A DNA stretch of 62,693 nucleotides, the filler included, from Chiloscyllium plagiosum (taxonomy: Eukaryota), in the NCBI RefSeq assembly GCF_004010195.1. It is 4 parts of one record of this genome, joined end to end, with 100 filler letters (N's around TTAATTAATTAA, not from the genome) between each part and the next. Parts side by side here need not be neighbours in the genome. Positions count along the whole stretch, not along the records: positions 55,566 to 62,693 come from NC_057710.1; 3 more parts are not named here. The stretch is one strand, 5' to 3'. The notes under the pieces were generated by a model. That model did no database searches. It saw nothing but the letters and a program-made list of their open reading frames with translations, and was not told where the DNA came from. Of this stretch, positions 62,461-62,693 are shown in pieces. Numbering within the stretch: position 1 is the stretch's first letter; each line of letters begins with the position of its first letter. The position numbers were made by a program, and so were the translations under genes.

Positions 62461-62693
62461 CATCATAGAACATAGAAGAATACAGCGCAGTATAGGCCCT
62501 TCGGCCCTCGATGTTGCGCCGATCCAAGCCCACCTAACCTACACTAGCCCACTATCCTCCATATGCCTATCCAATGCCCGCTTAAATGCCCATAATGAGG
62601 GAGAGTCCACCACTGCTACTGGCAGGGCATTCCATGAACTCACGACTCGCTGAGTAAAGAACCTACCCCTAACATCTGTCCTATAACTACCCC
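62461..62693 (-). mobile_element. Young CR1 3' end (continues beyond window)
   Basis: Near-identical to 40630-40965 minus the internal duplication. Confidence 0.9.

Noticed and set aside
1..62693. CRISPR arrays, rRNA genes, bacterial contamination or recent transfer explaining the AtuA-like gene
   Set aside because: No repeat-spacer array or rRNA seen; the gene has five spliceosomal introns filled with host TEs.

Overview
Repeat-rich vertebrate genomic DNA, most likely a shark or ray (about ten HE1/V-SINE-type tRNA SINEs, many CR1 LINEs). Three 100-bp N gaps carry an artificial TTAATTAATTAA linker. The one well-supported host gene is invisible as a unit in the ORF track. Six short GT-AG exons on + (4619-4670, 6911-7022, 24852-24935, 29932-30055, 33644-33734, 37052-37129) splice in phase into the C-terminal ~180 aa of an AtuA-like (acyclic terpene utilisation/DUF1446-type) protein, with motifs RSGDKGNxxNIG and LGGGGIASLRSDPQGKAYGQMLL. 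Its 5' exons lie upstream of the window. The rest is layered transposon debris: CR1 and L2 LINEs, SINEs, MITEs and a four-level Gypsy>CR1>LTR>CR1 nest. There are also at least three families of Penelope-like elements whose pseudo-LTRs carry minimal hammerhead-ribozyme motifs, several as fold-back elements with target-site duplications. A weak candidate for a convergent minus-strand spliced transcript lies downstream. All family names are from motif recognition; no searches were run.
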